Below, in pieces: positions 1 through 8,655 of a stretch of DNA of 64,000 nt. The notes beneath the pieces were generated by a model that saw only the letters and a program-made list of their open reading frames with translations, was not told the DNA's origin and did not search any database. Origin of the DNA: Longimicrobiales bacterium (GTDB taxonomy: Bacteria; Gemmatimonadota; Gemmatimonadetes; Longimicrobiales; RSA9); contig DASVDH010000078.1 in assembly GCA_036381195.1 (NCBI GenBank), forward strand, positions 10,250 through 74,249. The letters are read 5' to 3'. The position numbers were made by a program, and so were the translations under genes. Each line of letters opens with the position of its first letter. Position 1 is the stretch's first letter.

Positions 1-1
1 C

Positions 2-448
2 CTCGAGGAGACGGTGGACCGGGTTCTCGCCGCGGACGCGATCGCCGTGGTGCCCTGGGGCTTCGGGAAATGGTGGCTCGGCCGGGGGAGGCGGGTCGCC
101 CGGCTGATCGAGCGCGCTCCCCCGGGCCTTTTCCTGGGCGACAACGCTGGCAGGCCGGAGCTCGGCCGGCGCTCCAGACTCTTCGACCTGGCGGCCGAGC
201 GCGGAGTGCGCGTGCTTCCGGGGACCGATCCCCTGCCCTTCCGGAGGAGCGCGGCGCTGCCGGGGCGCTACGGGTTCGCGCTGCCCGCCGGACTCCATCC
301 GCAACGGCCTGCGGAAGGGTTGAGGCGGGCCCTCCTCGACGCGACCGCGCAGCCGCGCATTTTCGGGCGGCGCGCGCGGCCGCTCCGGTTCCTGCGCGAC
401 CAGACGATGATCAACCTGAGAAAGTACGTCGGAGGGCCGGCCGCGTGA
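2..448 (+). CDS. hypothetical protein, C-terminal part (5' end lies outside the window)
   Basis: The frame of ORF 14..448 stays open back to nt 2. Composition is coding-like (...VVPWGFGKWWLGRG...LFLGDNAGRP...). Its TGA (446-448) overlaps the GTG start of the next gene (GTGA). No family recognised. Confidence 0.5.
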   Translation, partial: LEETVDRVLAADAIAVVPWGFGKWWLGRGRRVARLIERAPPGLFLGDNAGRPELGRRSRLFDLAAERGVRVLPGTDPLPFRRSAALPGRYGFALPAGLHPQRPAEGLRRALLDATAQPRIFGRRARPLRFLRDQTMINLRKYVGGPAA

Positions 449-1620
449 GAGTCCTCGTCGTCGCCCCCGAGCCCTTCTTCTCGCCGCGAGGCACGCCGTT
501 CAGCGTGTACTACCGCACCCTCGTCACGGCCGAGCTGGGAGCGCGCATCGATCTGTTGACGTACGGCGAGGGGGACGACGTCGACATCCCCGGAGTCCGG
601 GTCATCCGCATCCCGCGGTTCCCGTGGCTCGGGCCGATCCGGATCGGGCCCTCGTGGCCGAAGCTCCTCCTGGACATCGTCCTCCTCGCGTGGACGGTGG
701 CCCTCCTCGCCCGAAACCGCTACGACGTCGTCCATGCGCACGAGGAGGCCGTGTTCTTCTGTCGTTACCTGAAGCCGATCTTCGGGTTCAGGCTGATCTA
801 CGACATGCATTCCAGTCTTCCGCAGCAGTTGCGGAACTTCCGGTTCAGCTCCTCACGCGCGCTGATCCGGGTGTTCGAGGGCCTCGAGGACAGCAGCTTG
901 CGGGCGGCCGATGCGGTGATCACGATCTGTCCGGATCTCGCCGATTACGCCGTGCGCCGCATTCCGGACCCGAAGCGTCATTTCCTGATCGAGAACTCGA
1001 TCTTCGAGCCGGTTCGGCTGCGAGCGGGCGCGCCGCGCCGCGCGGCCGGAGCCCTGGCTCCACCCGAGCTGCCGGGCGATCGGCTGATCGTGCTCTATGC
1101 CGGGACGTTCGAACCCTACCAGGGGCTCGACCTCCTCATCCCCGCGTTCGCGCGGGTCCGGGCGAGCCGGCCCGATGCGCTGCTCGTGCTGGCAGGAGGC
1201 CAGCCCGCGCAGGTGGACCGTTACCGCCGGCTGGCCGAGGAGGAGGGCGTCGGCGAGGCCTGCGTCTTCACGGGCATGCTGGAGCAGGAGGCGGTGCGCC
1301 AGCTCGCGCGCCGGGCGGCGGTGCTGACGTCGCCGCGGACGGCGGGCATGAACACGCCGCTGAAGATCTACGAGCAGTTGGCGAGTGGGATCCCGCTGGT
1401 CGCCACGCGTGTGGCGGCTCACACCCAGGTCTTGAACGAGGACGTCTGCTTTCTCGTCGACCCGGAGCCGGACAGTCTGGCGGCCGGGATCCTGGCCGCG
1501 TTGCGCGGCGATGAGCGGTGCCGCCGGGTCGTCGCCGCCGCGCGCGCCCTCTACGACGCCCACTACTCGCGTACCGCGTACGAGGCCAAGATGCGGGCGC
1601 TCCTGCAGGCCGTCTCCTGA
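445..1620 (+). CDS. glycosyltransferase, GT4/group-1 type (GT-B fold)
   Basis: Same frame as ORF 70..1620, whose first ~125 aa are Arg/Pro/Ala-rich junk. GTG at 445 gives VRVLVVAPEPFFSPRGTPFSV..., a typical GT-B N-terminus. The C-terminal part (...SPRTAGMNTPLKIYEQLASGIPLVATRV...) resembles the EX7E region. GTGA overlap with the upstream stop. Confidence 0.85.
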   Translation: MRVLVVAPEPFFSPRGTPFSVYYRTLVTAELGARIDLLTYGEGDDVDIPGVRVIRIPRFPWLGPIRIGPSWPKLLLDIVLLAWTVALLARNRYDVVHAHEEAVFFCRYLKPIFGFRLIYDMHSSLPQQLRNFRFSSSRALIRVFEGLEDSSLRAADAVITICPDLADYAVRRIPDPKRHFLIENSIFEPVRLRAGAPRRAAGALAPPELPGDRLIVLYAGTFEPYQGLDLLIPAFARVRASRPDALLVLAGGQPAQVDRYRRLAEEEGVGEACVFTGMLEQEAVRQLARRAAVLTSPRTAGMNTPLKIYEQLASGIPLVATRVAAHTQVLNEDVCFLVDPEPDSLAAGILAALRGDERCRRVVAAARALYDAHYSRTAYEAKMRALLQAVS

Positions 1621-3500
1621 TGTGCGGCATCGCCGGCATCATCTCGCTCGGCGGGGCGGCCCCCACGCACGAGGCGCTCCGTGCCGCCTGCGACGCCCTG
1701 GTGCATCGCGGGCCCGATGACGAGGCGATCGACATCCGCGGCCAGGTGGGGCTGGGGATGCGGCGCCTCGCAGTCATTGACGTGGCCGGCGGGCGCCAGC
1801 CGTACGTCAACGAGGACGGGACGGTCCGCGCGGTCTTCAACGGCGAGATCTACAACTTTCGCGAGCTGCGGAGATCTCTCGCGGCGCGTGGGCATCGGTT
1901 CACATCCCGGACGGACGGGGAAGTGATCGTCCATCTCTGGGAGGAACACGGACCGGAGTTCCTCCGCATGCTCAACGGGATGTTCGCGATCGCGCTCCAC
2001 GATGCCCGGCGGCAGCGTGTTGTCCTGGCGCGCGACCGGCTGGGCGTGAAGCCGCTGTACTACGCGCGGACGAGGGACCACCTCGTCTTCGGCTCGGAGG
2101 TGAAGGCGATCCTCGCCTCGGGCCTGGTGGACCGGGGGCTGGACGTGGATGCGCTGGGCGAGTTCCTGGCGTGGGAGTACGTGCCCGCGCCGCGCACGCT
2201 GTTCACCGGGATCATGAAGCTGGAGCCCGCCCAGTCGCTCGAGATCCACCTCGCGAGCTCACGGCTGTGCTTCCGCACCTGGTGGGACATCCCGCTGCCG
2301 GAGGAGCAGGAGGGGCTCGCGCCGAGGGGGGCCGGCGAGTGGGCGGAGGCGGTGGAGGAGAAGATCCGGACGGCGGTCCAGCGGCAGCTCATCAGCGACG
2401 TGCCCCTCGGCGCGTTCCTGTCCGGAGGCGTGGACAGTTCGCTGGTGGTGGCCGGCATGGGGGATGCCCGCGTCTTCACCATCGGGTTCGACGACCCCAC
2501 CTACAACGAGCTGCGATGGGCGCGCGCCGTGGCGGCGCACCTGGGCGTGCGCCACGAGGTGGAGGTGATCCGGCCGGACGCGATCGAGCTCTTCGATCGA
2601 ATCATGCCGTTCCTCGACGACCCGATCGCGGACTCGTCCGTCTTCCCGACGTACCTGGTTTCGCGTCTGGCACGCCGGGAGGTGACGGTCGCCCTCACGG
2701 GTGACGGCGGGGACGAGCTGTTCGGCGGATACGAGACGTACGTCGCGCAGCAGCTCGCAGGGGCGTGGGCGCGAGTCCCGCGACTCTTGAGGGAGAGGCT
2801 GCTCGCGCCCCTCATCCGGCGCATGCGGCCGCGCCCCGCCAAGAAGGGCCTGGTCAACAAGGCGAAGCGGTTCGTGGACGGCCTCGAGCACGACGAGGCG
2901 CTGGGGCATGCGCGGTGGCGGCTGTTCCTGGGCGAGCGCTTGCGGCGGGAGCTGTTCACGCCGGAAGCGGAGAGCGCGCTGCGCGCGCCGGCCGGCAGCC
3001 ACATCCTGCGGCTGATGAAGGCCGCCGGCCCGCGATCTCCGCTGGCGAGCGGGCTCTACACCGACGTGAAGAGCTACCTCAGCGACAACTGCCTGCTGAA
3101 GGTGGACCGGATGTCGATGGCGTGCTCGCTCGAGGTTCGGGTGCCGTTGCTGGACCACGAGCTGGTCGAGCTCGCGTTCGCCGTGCCGGATGGATTGAAG
3201 GTCCGGCGCGGCGAGACGAAGGTCCTGCTGAAGGAGGTCGCGGCGCGCGCGGTTCCGAGGTCCTGCGTCTACCGCCAGAAGGAGGGGTTCAGCACGCCGA
3301 TCAAGCATTGGCTGCGCGGGCCGTTCCGCCCGATGCTGGAGGAGGCACTGGCGCCCGAGCGCGTGCGTCGGGAGGGGCTGTTCCGGGCCGAGGCCGTCGA
3401 GACGCTCAAGCGAGAGCACCTCGCGGGCCGGGCCAATCACAGTCACGTGCTGTGGGCGCTCCTGGTCTTCCAGGATTGGCGGCAGCGCTGGCGCGTATGA
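1620..3500 (+). CDS. asnB: asparagine synthase (glutamine-hydrolysing) family amidotransferase
   Basis: The internal ATG at 1620 gives MCGIAGI... (Ntn-type Cys2 nucleophile). Also present: GPDDE, FNGEIYN and the PP-loop SGGVDSS. The ATG shares one nt with the upstream TGA (TGATG). Confidence 0.9.
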   Translation: MCGIAGIISLGGAAPTHEALRAACDALVHRGPDDEAIDIRGQVGLGMRRLAVIDVAGGRQPYVNEDGTVRAVFNGEIYNFRELRRSLAARGHRFTSRTDGEVIVHLWEEHGPEFLRMLNGMFAIALHDARRQRVVLARDRLGVKPLYYARTRDHLVFGSEVKAILASGLVDRGLDVDALGEFLAWEYVPAPRTLFTGIMKLEPAQSLEIHLASSRLCFRTWWDIPLPEEQEGLAPRGAGEWAEAVEEKIRTAVQRQLISDVPLGAFLSGGVDSSLVVAGMGDARVFTIGFDDPTYNELRWARAVAAHLGVRHEVEVIRPDAIELFDRIMPFLDDPIADSSVFPTYLVSRLARREVTVALTGDGGDELFGGYETYVAQQLAGAWARVPRLLRERLLAPLIRRMRPRPAKKGLVNKAKRFVDGLEHDEALGHARWRLFLGERLRRELFTPEAESALRAPAGSHILRLMKAAGPRSPLASGLYTDVKSYLSDNCLLKVDRMSMACSLEVRVPLLDHELVELAFAVPDGLKVRRGETKVLLKEVAARAVPRSCVYRQKEGFSTPIKHWLRGPFRPMLEEALAPERVRREGLFRAEAVETLKREHLAGRANHSHVLWALLVFQDWRQRWRV

Positions 3501-5002
3501 TCGAGCGGCGGCCCTCGGATTTCGCCCGGGACCGGTACGACCTGCTCGTCGTGGGCGGAGGGGTCTACGGCGTCGCGCTCACGCTGGAGGCGGCGTTGCG
3601 CGGGCTGCGGCCGCTCCTCGTGGAGCGAGCCGACTTCGGGGGCGGGACGACATGGAACAGCTTCCGGATCATTCATGGGGGCCTGCGCTATCTGCAGACC
3701 CTCGACCTGCGGCGCTTCCGGGAATCGGTGCGTGAGCGTCGATGGTTCTTACGCCACTTCCCTGAGGTGGTCCGGCCCTTCCCGTTCGTGATGCCGATCT
3801 CCGGCAAGGGGATGCGCCGGGTACCCGTCCTCCGCGCCGCGCTGCGCCTCAACGACCTGCTGTCCTCGCGGCGCAACCATGGGGTGGAATCCACGCACCA
3901 CATCGGCGGAGGCCGGATCCTGGGCGTGCCGGAGGCGCTGGAGCTGGTACCGGGCCTCGACCGCCGCAAGCTCCGCGGAGCCGCGCTCTGGTACGACGGC
4001 GTGATGACGTGTGCGCCGCGCGTGCTCATCGAGATGCTCCACTGGGCGTGCGCGGCCGGAGCGCGCGCGCTGAACTACGTCGAGGCGAAGCGGCTGCTGG
4101 TGGAGGGGACGCGGGTGGCCGGGCTCGAAGCCGTGGACCGCACTAATGGCGAGACCCTGGTCTTCCGGGCGCCCGTCGTGGCCAACTGCGCCGGCCCGGA
4201 CGTGCGTGGCCTGGCGCGGCGGTTGGATCGCGATGTCCCGCACCTGTTCTCGCCCTCCATGGCGTTCAACCTCCTGATCTCCAGGTCGGCGCCATCCCGG
4301 TTCGGCGTCGCGGTGACGGCGGACCGCCCCGGCGCGAGGACGTATTTCGTGCGGCCGTGGGGCGACTGGTCGTTCGCGGGCACGTGCCATGTCCCGGCGA
4401 GCGACGAGGCGGCCGTACACGGGCCCGGCCCGCGCGACGTCGAGGGGATGATCGCCGACCTGAACGCCGGATTGCCGGGCTGGGGCGTGACGACGGACGA
4501 CGTGCGCCGCGTCTTCTGGGGCGTGCTCCCGGTCGCGACCCGCGGGACCGTTCGCTTGTCGACCCGGCCCGTGCTGCACGATCATGCACGGAGCGGCGGG
4601 CCCGCCGGGCTGTTCAGCGTGTCGGGCGTGAAGTTCACGACGGCGCGCCGGGTTGCCGAGGTCTTGCTGGCGGCGATCCTCGAGCGGGTGCCCGGCATGC
4701 GGCCCGGCCCGGTTTCCCCGATCGAGCGCCCGGAGCCTGCCCCCGTCCCCACCGCCTCCGAGTTCCGCTCGCTGCTGCAAGCGGAGCCCGCAGCCGCCCG
4801 TTCCCTCGTCGCCCGGCTGATGGAGCGCGAGGCCGTCATCGCACCGGATGACCTGCTCCTGCGACGGACCGATTGGGGAGCCGACCCGGAGCAGCGGGAC
4901 GTGTTCGCCAGGGAGTTGGGGAGCGTGCTCGATGCGCGCTCCCACGGGCCCGGGGCGGTCGAGCAGCCGGCGGCGGCAGGCGGGGCCGAGGGCCGCGCCT
5001 GA
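3497..5002 (+). CDS. FAD-dependent oxidoreductase, glycerol-3-phosphate dehydrogenase/oxidase-like
   Basis: ATG 3497 overlaps the asnB stop (ATGA). N-terminal dinucleotide-binding motif DLLVVGGGVYGVALTLEAALRG. RIIHGGLRYL motif and a GlpD-like C-terminal extension. Confidence 0.8.
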   Translation: MIERRPSDFARDRYDLLVVGGGVYGVALTLEAALRGLRPLLVERADFGGGTTWNSFRIIHGGLRYLQTLDLRRFRESVRERRWFLRHFPEVVRPFPFVMPISGKGMRRVPVLRAALRLNDLLSSRRNHGVESTHHIGGGRILGVPEALELVPGLDRRKLRGAALWYDGVMTCAPRVLIEMLHWACAAGARALNYVEAKRLLVEGTRVAGLEAVDRTNGETLVFRAPVVANCAGPDVRGLARRLDRDVPHLFSPSMAFNLLISRSAPSRFGVAVTADRPGARTYFVRPWGDWSFAGTCHVPASDEAAVHGPGPRDVEGMIADLNAGLPGWGVTTDDVRRVFWGVLPVATRGTVRLSTRPVLHDHARSGGPAGLFSVSGVKFTTARRVAEVLLAAILERVPGMRPGPVSPIERPEPAPVPTASEFRSLLQAEPAAARSLVARLMEREAVIAPDDLLLRRTDWGADPEQRDVFARELGSVLDARSHGPGAVEQPAAAGGAEGRA

Positions 5003-5637
5003 GGAGCTCTTCCCGGACGGCGAGCGAGCGACCCGCTCCCGAGCGTAGAAGGCCGCCGTTGCGTCCGGGCCACAGTTGTCGCGCTGTCGTCCGGAGGCTC
5101 GCCGCCGCATCCCGCAGCCGCGGACGCGTCCAGGTCCGGATCCGCCGCGGGAGAGGGCAGTACTCTGCGATGCCGCCCCGGGCGCCGGTGACGTGTCCCG
5201 CCGAGCCGCGCCGTGGCGGGCTTCGTGCATCGCGCGCGGGCCGAGGTCAGGGCCAAGGTGACCTCGTGTGCATCCTGCCGGACGGAGCGGGGGACCCGGA
5301 AGGATCGAGCCTCCGCCGGGGCGGACGACACGGACTTCTGCGCCCCCGCACCAGGACGTGGAATTCGATCGAGACTCGAAGCCGCCGCCACGTGGGGTCT
5401 GGCCGCGCGGCGCCGCGGCCGGGGCGTCGTTCGCGTGGACGGCTCCCGTCGGCTTGCGGTGAGGCGGCGACGGCGCTGATGCGCCGCCGCCCCCGGCGCC
5501 ACGGCTGATTTCACGCGGCTGCCGCTCCGCGCGCTCCGGCTCGTTCGGCGCGTTGCAATGCCCGTATCGCCGGCGCGCCGTTGCATCACCACCGGTTGCG
5601 TTCGGGTGCGACGGGGAACCAAGCACGAGAGGGCCGC

Positions 5638-7512
5638 ATGATCCTGGGGACCATCGAGGTGCCCTCCTGCCCCGGCCGGATCGCGGAGCGCTGGACGGCC
5701 TGGGGACTCGGCGACGGCGACGCGGCCTTCGAGCGCTGGGAAGAAGACGGCTTCCTTGCCGCGATCATCTCGAGCGGCGCACCTGCGCTGGACGAAGGCC
5801 GGCTGCTGCATCACGATCCCGCCTCGCGGGTGACCGCCATCCTCTACGGGGAGCTCCACGATGCGAGCGAGCTGGTCCGGCGGCTCGGCGGAGGACCGCG
5901 GCCAAAGGATGGGTCGCTGCTCGTGGAAGGGTATCTCCGCCTCGGGACCGAGCTCTTCCGCCTGCTCAACGGCAGCTTCGTCCTGGTGATTCGCGATCCC
6001 GCCCGGGGCCGGGTGTGGATCGCGCGGGACCATCTCGGCATCGAGTCGCTCTACTACCGCCGGACTGGCGAGGCGGTGCACTTCTGCTCCGAGCTGCGGC
6101 CGCTGACGAACGTCGGTGGCGGCCCGTGTCTGGAGCCGGCCGTGGTGCTCCGCTACCTCCTGCTCAACTACAACCCCGGCTTCGAGACGCTCTACCGCGG
6201 GATCGAGAAGCTCCGCGCTGGGCACGTGCTTCGGATCGAGGCTGGCGGCATCCGCACCGAGCGCTACTGGGCGCCATCGTTCCGCGAGAATCCCGTCAAG
6301 TCGCGCGAGGAGTACCGCGAGGAGCTCCGTTCGCTGATCCGCGATGCGGTCCGCATCCGGCTCCAGCCCGGCTACGCGGCTGGCGCGTACCTGAGCGGCG
6401 GCATGGACAGCAGCTCGGTCGTCTGCCTGATGACCGAGGAGCTCGGCTCGCCGATCCACACGTTCTCGTTCCGCTGCGCCGTCAAGTCGTTCGACGAAGC
6501 GATCTATGCCCGAGCCGTGAGCCGGCACTGCGGCACCCGACACCACGAGGTGCCCTACGACGCGGGCAGCGCGCGGGAGATCGTCGAGCTCGTCCGGCTG
6601 CTGCACGAGCCGATCGCCGATGTCGGGATCGAAGTCGCGACGTTTCTCCTGGCGAAGAAGGCGGCAGGGCTGGCCGGTTACGTGCTGACGGGCGATGGCG
6701 GCGACGAGCTGTTCGCGGCGCACCCGGTCTACGCGGCGGACAAGGCGGCCGAGTGGTTCGAAGCGCTTCCGCCCCTCGTCCGCCGGCCGCTCGTCAACGT
6801 GCTCCAGCGGCTCCCGGACAGCAGCAAGAAGAAGAGCGCCATGGTCAAGCTGCGGCGCTTCGCATACAGCGTCGGGTTCCCGGGAGAGTTCCACAGCAAC
6901 CGGTGGCGGATCTACTACAAGCCGGATGAGCTCAGGCAACTGCTCTCTCTCGACTGGCAGGCGGTCCTGGACACGGCCGATCCGCTCGCGCCGCTCCGGA
7001 CGATCTACGCCGAGGCGGATGGCCCCGATCATCTGAGCAGGAGCCTGTACGGGGACTACCAGACCGTGGTGGACTTCTATCTGCGCCGGATGCAGGTGGT
7101 CCGGCGGTTGGGTTTCGTGGGGCGCTACCCGCTACTCGACCACCGCCTGGTCGAGTACGCGGCGCGGATCCCCTCGGGCCTGAAGGTCACGAGTGATGCG
7201 GCCACCAAGTTCCTGTTGCGGGACGCGATGGCCGACGTGCTCCCCCCGGAGATCCTGGCGCGCAAGGACAAGCTGGGCAACAGCGTGCCGCTCAAGAACT
7301 GGCTGCGGGAACGCCCCGAGCTCCAGTCGCTCGTGGAGGAGTGTCTCTCGCCGGAGGCGGTGCGGCGGCGCGGCATCTTCGATCCGGACTCCGTACAGCA
7401 GCTCTGGCATCGCCATCTCGGTGGCCGGGAGAACAACAGCCATCGCATCTGGGCGATGGTGGTGTTCGAGCTGTGGTGCCGGAACAACATCGATGCGGGG
7501 GCCTCCGCATGA
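5638..7512 (+). CDS. asparagine-synthase-family protein lacking the N-terminal Cys nucleophile
   Basis: The ATG at 5638 gives MILGTIE.... No Cys follows the start in this or any in-frame extension. AsnB-like core is retained (LNGSFVLVIRD, HLGIESLYY) with an intact PP-loop LSGGMDSS. Confidence 0.8.
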   Translation: MILGTIEVPSCPGRIAERWTAWGLGDGDAAFERWEEDGFLAAIISSGAPALDEGRLLHHDPASRVTAILYGELHDASELVRRLGGGPRPKDGSLLVEGYLRLGTELFRLLNGSFVLVIRDPARGRVWIARDHLGIESLYYRRTGEAVHFCSELRPLTNVGGGPCLEPAVVLRYLLLNYNPGFETLYRGIEKLRAGHVLRIEAGGIRTERYWAPSFRENPVKSREEYREELRSLIRDAVRIRLQPGYAAGAYLSGGMDSSSVVCLMTEELGSPIHTFSFRCAVKSFDEAIYARAVSRHCGTRHHEVPYDAGSAREIVELVRLLHEPIADVGIEVATFLLAKKAAGLAGYVLTGDGGDELFAAHPVYAADKAAEWFEALPPLVRRPLVNVLQRLPDSSKKKSAMVKLRRFAYSVGFPGEFHSNRWRIYYKPDELRQLLSLDWQAVLDTADPLAPLRTIYAEADGPDHLSRSLYGDYQTVVDFYLRRMQVVRRLGFVGRYPLLDHRLVEYAARIPSGLKVTSDAATKFLLRDAMADVLPPEILARKDKLGNSVPLKNWLRERPELQSLVEECLSPEAVRRRGIFDPDSVQQLWHRHLGGRENNSHRIWAMVVFELWCRNNIDAGASA

Positions 7513-8654
7513 CGAGACCACGCGTGCAGGCTCCGGGGACCGCCGCGCCCACACCGCTTCCACGGCGAGACGGAGGTGCTTCGCCAGGGGTCGAGCGCCG
7601 GCCGTCCGCGGTGGAGCGCGACCTCAGCGCAGCCGGCGTCGCCATCGCGGTATTGAACTACAACGGGCGCCCGGTGCTTCCGGACTGCCTCGACTCGATC
7701 AGGCGGCTGGCGTCCGCGCCTGGCGAGATCCTGTTGGTGGATGATGGCAGCACGGACGGCAGTCCCGCCTGGGTTCGCAGTCATTACCCCGAGGTCCGCG
7801 TCGTCGAGCTGGGCGCGAACACGAGGTGTCTGAACAAGGTGCGGAATCGTGCCCTGCGGGAGGCGGAGCGGGATCTCGTGCTCCTGGTGGACAACGACGT
7901 CGTACTCCGCCCCGATTGCCTGCGCGAGCTCCTCGCGGCGATGGCGGCGCTGCCGAACGCGGCTGTCTGCATGCCTCGCACGCTGTACCAGCACGACCCC
8001 GGCCGGATCTATCAGGATGGACAGGTCCTCCACTACGTCGGCGCGACCTGCGCCATCAACCGGAATCACCCCCTGGCGGAGGCGGACTCGGCGCCCCGCC
8101 TCAGCATCGGCTGGGGAGTCCAGCTCATCGACCGGCGCAAGGCGATGGAGGTCGGGCTCTTCAACGAAGAATACGTCATGGGCTGGGGTGATGACGGCGA
8201 ATTCAACCACAAGATGAACCTGGCGGGCCACTTCTGCTACCACGTGCCGACGGCGGTCGTGTACCACAAGCGAGTGTCCGGCGCCCGGCGCTACTACGGC
8301 AGCGTCCGCAACCGCTGGAGGTTCTTGCTGGAGTGTTACCAGCTCAGGACGCTCCTCCTCTGTGCACCCGGGCTGCTCGCGTACGAGGTCGCACAGGTCG
8401 CTTTTCTGGCCATGAAGGGTGCACTGCGGGATTACCTCCGCGCTGCAGCCTACATCGGGCGGAATCTGCCAGCGATCCTGCGGGAGCGGCGCCGCATCCA
8501 GCGCCGAAGGCGCGTCGGCGATGCCCAGCTCATGGGGAGCGGAGAGATCTTCATCGTTCCGGAGTACGTGGATTCACCGGTCCTGGCCGTCGGCATTCGG
8601 GTGCTCAGCGCGATGCTGGATCTGAATTGGCGGCTCGTGCGCCCGTTCATCTGA
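7509..8654 (+). CDS. glycosyltransferase family 2
   Basis: ATG 7509 overlaps the upstream stop (ATGA). Motifs VAIAVLNYNGRP, LLVDDGSTDGS and LLVDNDVVL. Confidence 0.85.
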   Translation: MTRPRVQAPGTAAPTPLPRRDGGASPGVERRPSAVERDLSAAGVAIAVLNYNGRPVLPDCLDSIRRLASAPGEILLVDDGSTDGSPAWVRSHYPEVRVVELGANTRCLNKVRNRALREAERDLVLLVDNDVVLRPDCLRELLAAMAALPNAAVCMPRTLYQHDPGRIYQDGQVLHYVGATCAINRNHPLAEADSAPRLSIGWGVQLIDRRKAMEVGLFNEEYVMGWGDDGEFNHKMNLAGHFCYHVPTAVVYHKRVSGARRYYGSVRNRWRFLLECYQLRTLLLCAPGLLAYEVAQVAFLAMKGALRDYLRAAAYIGRNLPAILRERRRIQRRRRVGDAQLMGSGEIFIVPEYVDSPVLAVGIRVLSAMLDLNWRLVRPFI

Positions 8655-8655
8655 C

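Noticed and set aside
5213-5479. An 88-aa ORF (MAGFVHRARAEVRAKVTSCASC...) and neighbouring ORFs in the 5003-5637 spacer.
   Set aside because: The C-terminal half is poly-Arg/Gly. There is no SD and no recognisable fold motifs. It's most likely non-coding.
5571-5585. CGGCGC-GCCG-TTGCA upstream of the Cys-less AsnB, and similar near-misses at 61447-61462 and 61562-61575.
   Set aside because: The spacing between GG and GC is 9 or 11 nt instead of 10. Sigma-54 promoters do not tolerate spacer changes.
4582-7032. Very long ORFs on the strand opposite to, or in frames other than, the called genes. Examples: 4582..7032(-) 816 aa, 3749..5626(-), 17216..18886(+), 22336..23811(-), 30410..33415(-) 1001 aa, 49510..52017(+) 835 aa, 13984..15804(+).
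   Set aside because: Their translations are low-complexity and rich in Arg, Pro, Ala and Gly, with no recognisable motifs. Each one overlaps an ORF with clear family signatures. Long shadow ORFs are expected in ~70% GC DNA because stop codons are rare.
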